Virus record (IMG/VR): IMGVR_UViG_3300032138_000004
Span: 1 to 64,000 of that record
DNA length: 64,000 nt
Reading direction: 5' to 3' (one strand)
Origin: a virus
Lineage: Duplodnaviria > Caudoviricetes
The notes beneath the pieces were generated by a model that did no database searches, was not told the origin of the DNA, and saw nothing but the letters and a program-made list of their open reading frames with translations. Every line of letters starts with the position of its first letter. Position 1 is the stretch's first letter. A program made the translations under genes and the position numbers. Below are positions 8,991-16,888 of the stretch, piece after piece.

Positions 8991-10409
8991 TCAGAGGCTC
9001 GCGTCCAGCATCGCGTCGAGGCGGACGCGGCAGGCTTGGAGTTCGTCGTCGGTCATCTCGGCGGGATCGTAGTTGAGCGATGCACTCTGGCGCGGCGTGA
9101 CCATGCCGAGCCCTTGGTCGATGTATTCGATGAGGGCGTTGCGGGCGGCGAGTTCCGGGTCGAGGCCGTCGTCGTCGTCGGTCGGGCGCAGCTCCGCTTC
9201 CACGTGCCCCTGCCCGGCGTCGGCTTCGGGGTCGTACACGTCGCCGATGTCGATGACCTCCACCTCTGGGAGGTCGAGGCCGCGCTGGAGGCGGGCGCTG
9301 ATCGATTGCCATTGGCGCATCGCGGCGTCGTCGCCAGCCCAGCCGGTGACGGCGAGGACCGCGGCGCCGTTCTGGATGCTGACGGTGTGCCAGCCCAGCG
9401 CGGGGTGCGCCTTCATCGCGTTCCGGCGGGCCACGGTGATCGCCTTCTTGAGGGCGTTGGCCTGGAGTTCGATGTAGGCCTGGAACGCTTGAGCGACGGC
9501 CCGACAGCGGAGGTTGAACGTGTAGCCGATGCCCGACCCGACGGGGATGTAGCCCCAGCCCTTCTCGGCCTCGTGGAAGGCCTCGTTGACGAGGTAGACG
9601 TCCTCCGCGTGCAAGAGGGTGTCGGACTCGTTGCCCCAGCCGGTCTTGTTGGCCAGGTTCGACAGCATGTTCGCCAGATCCTTCGTCGGCTCGTAGTCTA
9701 GCGTGTAGTTCACGATCACCGGGTTCCCGGTCATCGGGGCGGGGCCGACGACGACGATGGCGACCACGATGCGGAGCACGTCGCCCGGCCGCCCGTCCTT
9801 GCGCACGGCGCGCTGGACGTAGGGGTTGGTGCGCTCTTCGCCGTCCACCATCACGCGCGGCGGCTGGATGACGTTGCAGCCGGCGGTGGCGTTGATCCGG
9901 AGGTAGCCGGGGTATGTCACCGACGCCTTGTTCCGGTCGCCGATCACCACGTCCTTCCACTCGGTCTGTCCCTTGTGGCCGTTGCGCCCGCGCTCGCTGA
10001 CGGCGTTGCCGAAGCAGGCGCGTCCTTCGTGCTGGGGGTCGGTGCAGACGGGCCGGCGGCCCTTGATCTGCCATAGCGTGCCGTCTTCCATAGACAGCCG
10101 GACGGGGGCGAGGACCTGGTGCAGCGCCCCGGCGGTGGTGTGCCGGACGAAGGCCTCGTGGTTGCCCAGCACCGACACCTTCTGGCGGCGGACGTCCAGG
10201 GCGAGCTCGGCAAGCCGCTCGGCCACGACCATCGCGCGGGGGTCCAGTGCGGAGTCGTCGAGAAGTTCGGCGCCGACAGCGGCGACGAGGCCGCGGCGGT
10301 CGCCGGTCTTGAGGGCGGTGATGGCTGCGCGGTTCAGCTTGAGGCCGTCGTAGCGAAGTCGGGCGATGTCGGTGCTGGGCGATGCGCCCGTCTGCTCGGG
10401 GGTCGACAT
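8991..10409 (-). CDS. hypothetical protein, possibly a RecT/Rad52-like single-strand annealing protein
   Basis: Start revised to ATG 10409; TYPGYLRIN...KKAITVARRNAMK plus acidic tail; position next to the SMC-like gene. Confidence 0.4.
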   Translation of the reverse strand: MSTPEQTGASPSTDIARLRYDGLKLNRAAITALKTGDRRGLVAAVGAELLDDSALDPRAMVVAERLAELALDVRRQKVSVLGNHEAFVRHTTAGALHQVLAPVRLSMEDGTLWQIKGRRPVCTDPQHEGRACFGNAVSERGRNGHKGQTEWKDVVIGDRNKASVTYPGYLRINATAGCNVIQPPRVMVDGEERTNPYVQRAVRKDGRPGDVLRIVVAIVVVGPAPMTGNPVIVNYTLDYEPTKDLANMLSNLANKTGWGNESDTLLHAEDVYLVNEAFHEAEKGWGYIPVGSGIGYTFNLRCRAVAQAFQAYIELQANALKKAITVARRNAMKAHPALGWHTVSIQNGAAVLAVTGWAGDDAAMRQWQSISARLQRGLDLPEVEVIDIGDVYDPEADAGQGHVEAELRPTDDDDGLDPELAARNALIEYIDQGLGMVTPRQSASLNYDPAEMTDDELQACRVRLDAMLDASL

Positions 10410-10414
10410 AGTGC

Positions 10415-10972
10415 TCACTCTCCGGTGGCTGGTGAAAAGACGAGGTCGTTGGTGGTCACGCCGAAGTATTTGGCGAGTTGGCTGAGCCGGACGAGGTCGA
10501 TCCGGCGGTACTCGCCGGACTCCCAGCGGACAAGCGTGCTCTGCTGGCTGGCCTTGCCCCACGCATCGCGGGCGACCTGGGGGGTGCCGCGGACGCCGCG
10601 GAGCTGGCGAATCATCCGGCGGGTGTTGAGGTCGGCGGCCTCGAGGTCGGGCATGGCGCCGCGGAGGGTGGGAGGCTTCGCCGCCTCCACCTCCAGGGCG
10701 ATGGTCAAGCGTCGAGCGGCTTCAACCGTCTTGTCCCAGGCCCGCCAGCCGCCGATGAGGTGGCGTGGGTGGACGCGGCAGGCCTTCGCCACACCCCACA
10801 CGACGTCGAGGTAGACGTTGCGCCGCCCACCCGATTCCAAGAAGGTGATGGTGGACGTGGCCTGTCCAGCGCGCTCGGCGCACTTCGCGACCGATAGGCC
10901 GTTGCTCATGCGGGCGGCGCGGCATCGGAGCCGGATAGCCCACTCGTCGTTCAGGGGTGCGTCGTTTGTCAT
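10415..10972 (-). CDS. regulator with two XRE-type HTH domains
   Basis: GLSVAKCAERAGQATSTITFLESG and QQSTLVRWESGEYRRIDLVRLSQLAKYFGV. Confidence 0.8.
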   Translation of the reverse strand: MTNDAPLNDEWAIRLRCRAARMSNGLSVAKCAERAGQATSTITFLESGGRRNVYLDVVWGVAKACRVHPRHLIGGWRAWDKTVEAARRLTIALEVEAAKPPTLRGAMPDLEAADLNTRRMIRQLRGVRGTPQVARDAWGKASQQSTLVRWESGEYRRIDLVRLSQLAKYFGVTTNDLVFSPATGE

Positions 10973-11100
10973 GCCAACAGCATTACCACTACAGCATACC
11001 AGACGCAAGTACGGGGCCACTTTCCCCGCTTCTCCCCAGGTTTGTCCACATCGGGGATCGATCTATCTAGGAGGGGGTGATCCAGTCGTGTGGGAGGGGC

Positions 11101-11170
11101 CCTAGACGTTCCGCCCCCACCCACTCCTAGACGTTCCGGTAGGCCGTAGAAGAAGAGATAGAAGAAGAGA
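11101..11170. repeat. direct repeats in the divergent intergenic region
   Basis: CCTAGACGTTCCG at 11101 and 11126; TAGAAGAAGAGA in tandem at 11147 and 11159. Confidence 0.85.
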
Positions 11171-11227
11171 TCCATAAGGTCACCTCTCTCCCCCTTGAGC
11201 CTGTAGACATTGAGGGCCTTGGGTCTG

Positions 11228-11239
11228 GCGTGGTAGACC
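11228..11239 (+). promoter_or_regulatory. putative extended -10 promoter GCGTGGTAGACC
   Basis: Identical 12-mer at 22125, and CGTGGTAGA at 14146; all lie just upstream of + strand genes. Confidence 0.5.
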
Positions 11240-11266
11240 CTTCAACAGAGACGAAGCGAGCAGAGC

Positions 11267-11767
11267 GTGCATGAGCAGCGATGGCAGCCGGTGGTTCAGG
11301 ATGCCCTAGTGGCCGGCCTCGGCCTTGCCCGCTGGCGGATCCACGACGAGATCCCTACACGCGACGGCAGCCGGCTCGACCTCGTCCACGTTCACGACAC
11401 CAAGCTCACAGCTTTCGAGCTGAAGATGGCGGAGCCGGGCCAGGCCCTCGCGCCCCTCGATGCGCGGGCACTGCGCCAGCTCCGCCACTACTGCAAAGCG
11501 GCCGATCTCGTCTACGTCGTGACGGTCGCAGCCGCTCGACGTTTGACCATCGCCCACGACGGGCAGACGCTACACCTGGAGCCGCTTGAGCACATGGCTC
11601 TACCGGTAGGGGTTGGGTGGGTCGTCTTCGATCGTCTCACTCGTGACCTGACGGTGTTGGCGCCGGCAGAGCAGCAGGAACCAGACACCGAGGATCGCGC
11701 CTTCGTCCTCGACCAACTGGCCAACAGACTCGGAAAGGCACAAAGAGCGATCCGTCGATGTCGATGA
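11267..11767 (+). CDS. PD-(D/E)XK nuclease-like protein (MmcB-like)
   Basis: EIP...RLDLV...AFELK...QLRHYCKAADLVYVV. Confidence 0.65.
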   Translation: MHEQRWQPVVQDALVAGLGLARWRIHDEIPTRDGSRLDLVHVHDTKLTAFELKMAEPGQALAPLDARALRQLRHYCKAADLVYVVTVAAARRLTIAHDGQTLHLEPLEHMALPVGVGWVVFDRLTRDLTVLAPAEQQEPDTEDRAFVLDQLANRLGKAQRAIRRCR

Positions 11768-12057
11768 TGACCCCGCAAACTGTGGTCGATGCCACCCACT
11801 ACATCCAGGCGATAGCTAGCCCCCTGCTCGACGCGGCCGTCCGCGATGCACTGCGGATCGACTACCACGTCCTCCACGATGAACACATTTTCGTCGTACA
11901 GGTGCCGGAGTCGTCGGTGCGCTACCTCGTCGGCCGCCGTGGGGAGACGGCGAACGCGATGCGCAAGCTGCTCCGGTCCTGGTGCGGGGTCCGGCGGCTG
12001 CGGTCGCTGGTCGACGTGCGGGTGCGCCCGCTTGACGGTGCCACACACCCGCCATAG
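11758..12057 (+). CDS. KH-domain RNA-binding protein (KhpA-like)
   Basis: LVGRRGETANAMRKLL GxxG loop in a single ~95-aa domain. Confidence 0.75.
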   Translation: MSMMTPQTVVDATHYIQAIASPLLDAAVRDALRIDYHVLHDEHIFVVQVPESSVRYLVGRRGETANAMRKLLRSWCGVRRLRSLVDVRVRPLDGATHPP

Positions 12058-12075
12058 CATAGTGGGGACTCAACA

Positions 12076-12093
12076 AGCAGACTGAGCAGGAGC
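12076..12093 (+). promoter_or_regulatory. conserved 18-nt leader (copy 4)
   Basis: Exact copy, 6 nt before ATG 12100. Confidence 0.8.
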
Positions 12094-12099
12094 CCAACG

Positions 12100-12879
12100 A
12101 TGACAACGACACCCCAGACCCTCGAGGCCGTGATGCGCGACCTCGGACTCGACGGGGACGGCCTCGGCCGCCTCATGGCTGCCTACCGCCACAAGCAGGA
12201 CGGCGACCGAGCCAGCGGGACGACGACGACGTGCCCGATCTGCCGCAACCGGTCGAAGGCCAGGCCGCGGTCGCTGTCGGGCTCCGCGTGCCGGGGGCTG
12301 ATCTGGATGTACCAGCAGGACGCTCATCAGTGGCACCACGTCGATCGCATCATGTGCGGGACGAAGTCGGCGTCGGCGGTGGCGGGCGACTGGTCGCGCA
12401 CGGCCGGCGACGGGTGGGAGTTGACCGAGCGGGCGGAGCCGGATCCGGGGGACGACTCGAAGAGCTCGTCGGGCATGTACCGGCTCACCCAGATCGGCCG
12501 GGACTTCGTTCTTGGCCTGGTGACGGTGCCCTCGGCCTACGTCTGGCACCAGCGCCATCGGAGGCTGGCGCCCAACGCGCGCCAGATCGGCATCGAGACC
12601 GCGCTGGGGCAGCGCTTCGACTACGCTGAGGTGATGGGCGAGGCGGCAAGCTCGGAGGGGCTGCTGCGGCCGTATCGGCGCGAGTGGGTTGTGACCGCCT
12701 TTCGCGACAACGCTTCCGCGACCTCGATGCCGTGGCGGATCAACGCCTGGAAGTGCGGCGGCGAGCGCCAGCAGCAACTCCGGCCGATTGTTCCGCCCCG
12801 CGAGGCCGACGAGGTCCATTGGGGCAGCTCACGCATCGACGCGGCCCGCGCCTTCGTGCGCCGACGTCGGGGGCTGTGA
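12100..12879 (+). CDS. hypothetical protein (CPIC motif, possible winged helix)
   Basis: Strong SD; TCPIC and GMYRLTQIGRDFV. Confidence 0.6.
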   Translation: MTTTPQTLEAVMRDLGLDGDGLGRLMAAYRHKQDGDRASGTTTTCPICRNRSKARPRSLSGSACRGLIWMYQQDAHQWHHVDRIMCGTKSASAVAGDWSRTAGDGWELTERAEPDPGDDSKSSSGMYRLTQIGRDFVLGLVTVPSAYVWHQRHRRLAPNARQIGIETALGQRFDYAEVMGEAASSEGLLRPYRREWVVTAFRDNASATSMPWRINAWKCGGERQQQLRPIVPPREADEVHWGSSRIDAARAFVRRRRGL

Positions 12880-12896
12880 TGGGCGGGGGGGGAACG

Positions 12897-13859
12897 ATGA
12901 GCGACACGCTACTGCACAGATGGACGCAGCCCGATCCGGTGGGCGACCCCACGCGGTGGTCGTGCTCGTGTCTGATCGAGCACCGGGGCACACCCCCCGC
13001 CCTGCTGTGCCCCGATCGCGTGGCGCAACTACAGGCCGACCTCATCGACGCCCGCCGAAAGCTGGAGGCCGCGCGGGCGAAGGTGGCGGAGTTGGAGGAC
13101 GACATGCACCTCCGCATCCGTGAGGGCTACGACCGAACCGTGGCCGATGCGTGGCGCGCGGAGGTGGCCAGGGTGACAGCAGAGCGCGACGCCGAGCGGG
13201 CGAGGGTGGCGGAGTTGGAAGCCGCAGCGGAAGACGCCAGCCAGATTCCGCCCCTACCTGGAGACCCACAGGGCACCCGTGCCTTCGTCCGTTGGCTGCT
13301 GAGCAAGCCTCAGTTCCAGCAGCAGCGCATGCTGCTGGCCACGCAGGAGGGCCAGCGCCTCCAACAGCGCGCCGAAGCGGCAGAGCGGGCCCTCGCCGCC
13401 GAGCATGAGGCGCACGCCGCGTTGCGTGGGCGGATCGAGGGGCTCGTTGTCGAGTTTGACGGCATCGAGGAGGGGGCGGAGGGTGACCGCCTCCAGCACG
13501 AATGTAGACGGCGACCTCGATCGGCGTCCCAAGCGCAGGGCGTCGCCAGCGCCAGCAAGCACGCCGCCAGCCGCCTCCGCGCCCTCCTCACCCCAGGCCC
13601 CAAGCCCCGGATATGCCGCTGCGGCACGCCCGAATCCGACGAGGCGTGGGAGGAGGGGGTCCGAGGTTGCCCTAGGTGCGGTCGCCCCTGGCCCGAGTGT
13701 CTCACCGCCCCAGGCCCCGAGCCATCGACGGACGGAGAGCGTGAGCGCACTAATCGTCCGTGCCCGTGGCCCGGCGGCTACACCCTCTGTCGGCATCGGC
13801 TGACCCAGTGCTCGGATCGCTGCGCCCTCCTCACCCCAGAGACGGATGGCGGGTCGTGA
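12897..13859 (+). CDS. mosaic coiled-coil / Cys-rich hypothetical protein
   Basis: RAKVAELE/RARVAELE repeats and CxxC knuckles; start uncertain (12879 or 12897). Confidence 0.5.
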   Translation: MSDTLLHRWTQPDPVGDPTRWSCSCLIEHRGTPPALLCPDRVAQLQADLIDARRKLEAARAKVAELEDDMHLRIREGYDRTVADAWRAEVARVTAERDAERARVAELEAAAEDASQIPPLPGDPQGTRAFVRWLLSKPQFQQQRMLLATQEGQRLQQRAEAAERALAAEHEAHAALRGRIEGLVVEFDGIEEGAEGDRLQHECRRRPRSASQAQGVASASKHAASRLRALLTPGPKPRICRCGTPESDEAWEEGVRGCPRCGRPWPECLTAPGPEPSTDGERERTNRPCPWPGGYTLCRHRLTQCSDRCALLTPETDGGS

Positions 13860-13931
13860 CCGGTGCCGCGCGGGTTGCGGGGCTTGCCGCCATTTGAAAG
13901 CACCTCGATCGTCGCACTCCTGCACGAGTCG

Positions 13932-13980
13932 GCAGGACCCCCACATCCGGATCCCCCCTGCTGGATTGTGGGGGTCCTGC
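13932..13980. other. intergenic inverted repeat with a perfect 14-bp stem
   Basis: GCAGGACCCCCACA ... TGTGGGGGTCCTGC. Confidence 0.8.
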
Positions 13981-14167
13981 TGCTTTGTCAAGGAGGGGGT
14001 CGGGATGGAACCCCATGGGCTAGTGGATGCCGGGGATCCTCATGGGGTCCTGGTGCAAGTGGCCGGGCCTGGGGGTGGCGGCTATGCTATTTCGAGGCGT
14101 ACCAGCGGTGCGGCGAATGAGTCGGCAGGTGAGCCCGTCGCCGGACGTGGTAGAACGATCGGGCAGT

Positions 14168-14185
14168 AGCAGACCGCGCAGGAGT
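14168..14185 (+). promoter_or_regulatory. variant of the 18-nt leader (15/18 match)
   Basis: AGCAGACCGCGCAGGAGT before GTG 14191. Confidence 0.6.
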
Positions 14186-14190
14186 CACCA

Positions 14191-15237
14191 GTGAGCCTTG
14201 ACCTAGTGGTTGCCGTCTACGACATCGAGACGAAGTACGACCCGACGAAGGTGGGCGGCTGGAGTGAGCACGAGCGCATGGGCTTTGCGTGCGGGGTCGT
14301 CTCGTGGGTGCATTACCGGCAGAACGGCGCCGCGGTGAGTCGGGCGATTCTGGCCACGAACGTCTACTGGAGCCCGGTGGCGATGGCCGACGACCTTTTG
14401 CGGCCGTGGGCGCACGCCCTCTGCGCCTACAACGGGCACCGGTTCGACATCCCCCTCCTTGTCTCGCAGGCGATAGCGCCGATGGCCGGGCCGTACCTCG
14501 GACACCCCGACCCGAAGGCCGTGGCCGCGGTGGCTGGCCACCTCTGGACAGCGGGGATCCAACGGTTCCCGATCGTGCGCATGGAGCAGGAGATCCCGAA
14601 GTTCGCCCACCTCCCGAAGCTCTGGGATCGGTTCCGTGCGGCCCTCATGGCGCGGTGGATGACCAACGGGGGCCTCCCCCGCGCCATGGGGCACCGTCTC
14701 GGCGAGTGGATGCAGCGGGGGGCCGACTACTCCCGCCTCGTGCCGCCGGGTACAACGAACCTCGCGATGAGCCGGGCGGAGCTGGCCGCCGAGCTCCAGG
14801 CGCGGACCTTCGACCCGCTCGCGTGGCTGGGCGAGGAGTCGGGCAACCCGCACGTAGCGAAGTTGGACTATCTGCGGGAGGGGTTGGAGCGGGAGCCGTG
14901 GAAGCTCGACGGCGAGGTTGTCCACCACGGCGAGATCCCGCGCATGTGGCGCGAGGGCATGGTCTGGCAGGTGGTGGACTGCTGCCGCGACGACGTCGAT
15001 GCTCTGGCCGAGCTGCTACAGCAAGGGCTGAGTGGGGGGCGCAACGCCCACATCAACGCCAACCAGCTCAACAGCACCGCGCGAAACGCTGCTGGCCAGC
15101 GTGTCCCGATGGGCGCGACGGACCAGTGGATCTCGCCGCACCATGACGACGGTGGGCTCTGGAAGTATCGGATCCCGACGGCCGCCTGGTCGGGCATCCT
15201 AGAAGACATCAGGCGAACGAGGTTCACCCATGGCTGA
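14191..15237 (+). CDS. RNase H-like DEDD 3'-5' exonuclease
   Basis: YDIETK, AYNGHRFDIPLL, CCRDDV (Exo I/II/III-like). Confidence 0.75.
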   Translation: MSLDLVVAVYDIETKYDPTKVGGWSEHERMGFACGVVSWVHYRQNGAAVSRAILATNVYWSPVAMADDLLRPWAHALCAYNGHRFDIPLLVSQAIAPMAGPYLGHPDPKAVAAVAGHLWTAGIQRFPIVRMEQEIPKFAHLPKLWDRFRAALMARWMTNGGLPRAMGHRLGEWMQRGADYSRLVPPGTTNLAMSRAELAAELQARTFDPLAWLGEESGNPHVAKLDYLREGLEREPWKLDGEVVHHGEIPRMWREGMVWQVVDCCRDDVDALAELLQQGLSGGRNAHINANQLNSTARNAAGQRVPMGATDQWISPHHDDGGLWKYRIPTAAWSGILEDIRRTRFTHG

Positions 15238-16126
15238 CGCACTCACATCCATCGTCCCGCACCGGACGCTCCCCGCCCACCTTGCGACGTCCTACGGGCC
15301 GCGCGGTGCGACCATGGGTCGCGACGGCAGGCCGTGGCCGCACAGCAAGCTGACGACCGTGGGCCAGCTTGCACCTCGAGACCGAGATGGCGCGTGGAAG
15401 GCGCCCCCCGGCATGTGCCAGGGGCTCGAAGACCTCGACGCGGCGATGAAGGCGGCCGGGAGTGCCGGCGTGCGGCTGACCGAGGTGACGCGGCCGGTGG
15501 AGCGGGTGCGCACCGAGCGGGCCAAGTACGACACGTGGGTCGAGGCCGGGCGGCCGTCGCCGGGCACCCCTCGCTACCAGTCGCGGGCGATGCGCACGGT
15601 CTACATCGCACCTCCAAACTTCACGAACCACCAGTGGGGCGGCGCCGTCGACTTCCACGTCTACGCACTCGATTTTCCAGGGCTCAAGGGCAACGCGGCG
15701 CTGTCGAAGCTCTGGGATCTGGCGATACCGCTGGGCTTCACGCCGATCATCAAAAACCCGTCGCTGGAGCAGTCGGAGTGCTGGCACTTCGACCGGCTCG
15801 GCCCGTTGGCCGGCGTCCGCGCGGCCTTCGTGGCGCACCGGAACGAGTCGCCTGACTTCCGCAACGCCTACGGACTGACCGCGATGGTGGGCAACGTCCT
15901 CGTCGGCACGTTCACGGGGACGAAGAAGATGGAGCGATATGTGCAGTGTCGCCTCCTGCTGGCCGGGCACTGGCCGGGGCCGCCGGACGGTCAGATCGGC
16001 CCGAAGACACGCAAGGCACTCAAGGCGGCCGGTGTCGAGGGCGTCCGGACGCGCACGTCGGCGTCCGTCATCGTCGGACTCATGGACGAGGCTGGGGTCG
16101 GTCTGCCAGAGCTAGCCCTGCTGTGA
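15230..16126 (+). CDS. endolysin: M15-type Zn peptidase plus peptidoglycan-binding domain
   Basis: NHQWGGAVD, ECWHF; VQCRLLLAGHWPGPPDGQIGPKTRKAL. Confidence 0.8.
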   Translation: MADALTSIVPHRTLPAHLATSYGPRGATMGRDGRPWPHSKLTTVGQLAPRDRDGAWKAPPGMCQGLEDLDAAMKAAGSAGVRLTEVTRPVERVRTERAKYDTWVEAGRPSPGTPRYQSRAMRTVYIAPPNFTNHQWGGAVDFHVYALDFPGLKGNAALSKLWDLAIPLGFTPIIKNPSLEQSECWHFDRLGPLAGVRAAFVAHRNESPDFRNAYGLTAMVGNVLVGTFTGTKKMERYVQCRLLLAGHWPGPPDGQIGPKTRKALKAAGVEGVRTRTSASVIVGLMDEAGVGLPELALL

Positions 16127-16252
16127 GCGAGCGACCCAAGCAGACCCCTCGGTGTACTCCGGAGGTGCCGGAGTGCTGGGCTAGCATCGGGGGGCACCCC
16201 TGTACGTGCCCAACTGCGGACGGTGAACCATCACCGGCGCCGGGAGAAGTAG

Positions 16253-16888
16253 ATGGCCGACCAACGCCCGCCGAAGAAGAAGTGCAGCGCTACGAGCAGA
16301 CAGACCGGCAACCGGTGCGGTCAGTGGGCGCGTCCAGGGCACGACGTCTGCGTGTACCACGGAGCCGGCAAGCCGGGAGGCCGGCGGTCGGGGGCGCCGA
16401 TCAAGCACGGCCGATACTCGATCCGGCTGCGCAAGGGAAACAGCCCAACCGTCCAGCGGCGGATCGACGAGCTCATGGACGACGACGACCTCACCGACGC
16501 GCGGCGGGCGGTGGCGGTCTCTCAGGTCGCACTGGAGCAGACCTACCCGGCGCCGACGCTGGCAACGCTGAAGCGCTTTTGTGAGGGGGAGGGCATCACG
16601 AACCCAGCGCCGGGCGACCTCGAGACGATGGCCCAGGTCCTCATCGCACAAGCGGGGCGCCAGGCGGCCCAGCATGGCCGGCTACAGGTGGCCGCGGAGA
16701 AACAGCGGACGATGGCCGACGTGCTGGTGAGTCAGGCGATGCCGATCATGCGCCGGCACGCCATGAAGGTCACCGCCCTCATGCGCCGCTTCATTCCGGA
16801 GTCGCGAGCTGTCGAATTTGAAGGTGCGTTGCAGGCCCTCAATTTGGAAACGGCGGCCGAGTATCGAAACATGCAGGGTGAGGATTGA
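16253..16888 (+). CDS. terS: terminase small subunit (HGGxSTG-like N-terminus)
   Basis: CSATSRQTGNRC...CVYHGAG...KHGRYS; directly upstream of TerL. Confidence 0.65.
   Translation: MADQRPPKKKCSATSRQTGNRCGQWARPGHDVCVYHGAGKPGGRRSGAPIKHGRYSIRLRKGNSPTVQRRIDELMDDDDLTDARRAVAVSQVALEQTYPAPTLATLKRFCEGEGITNPAPGDLETMAQVLIAQAGRQAAQHGRLQVAAEKQRTMADVLVSQAMPIMRRHAMKVTALMRRFIPESRAVEFEGALQALNLETAAEYRNMQGED

Noticed and set aside
3801-14185. 18-nt repeats as CRISPR repeats or att sites
   Set aside because: Dispersed kilobases apart, fixed to start codons, no cas or integrase genes
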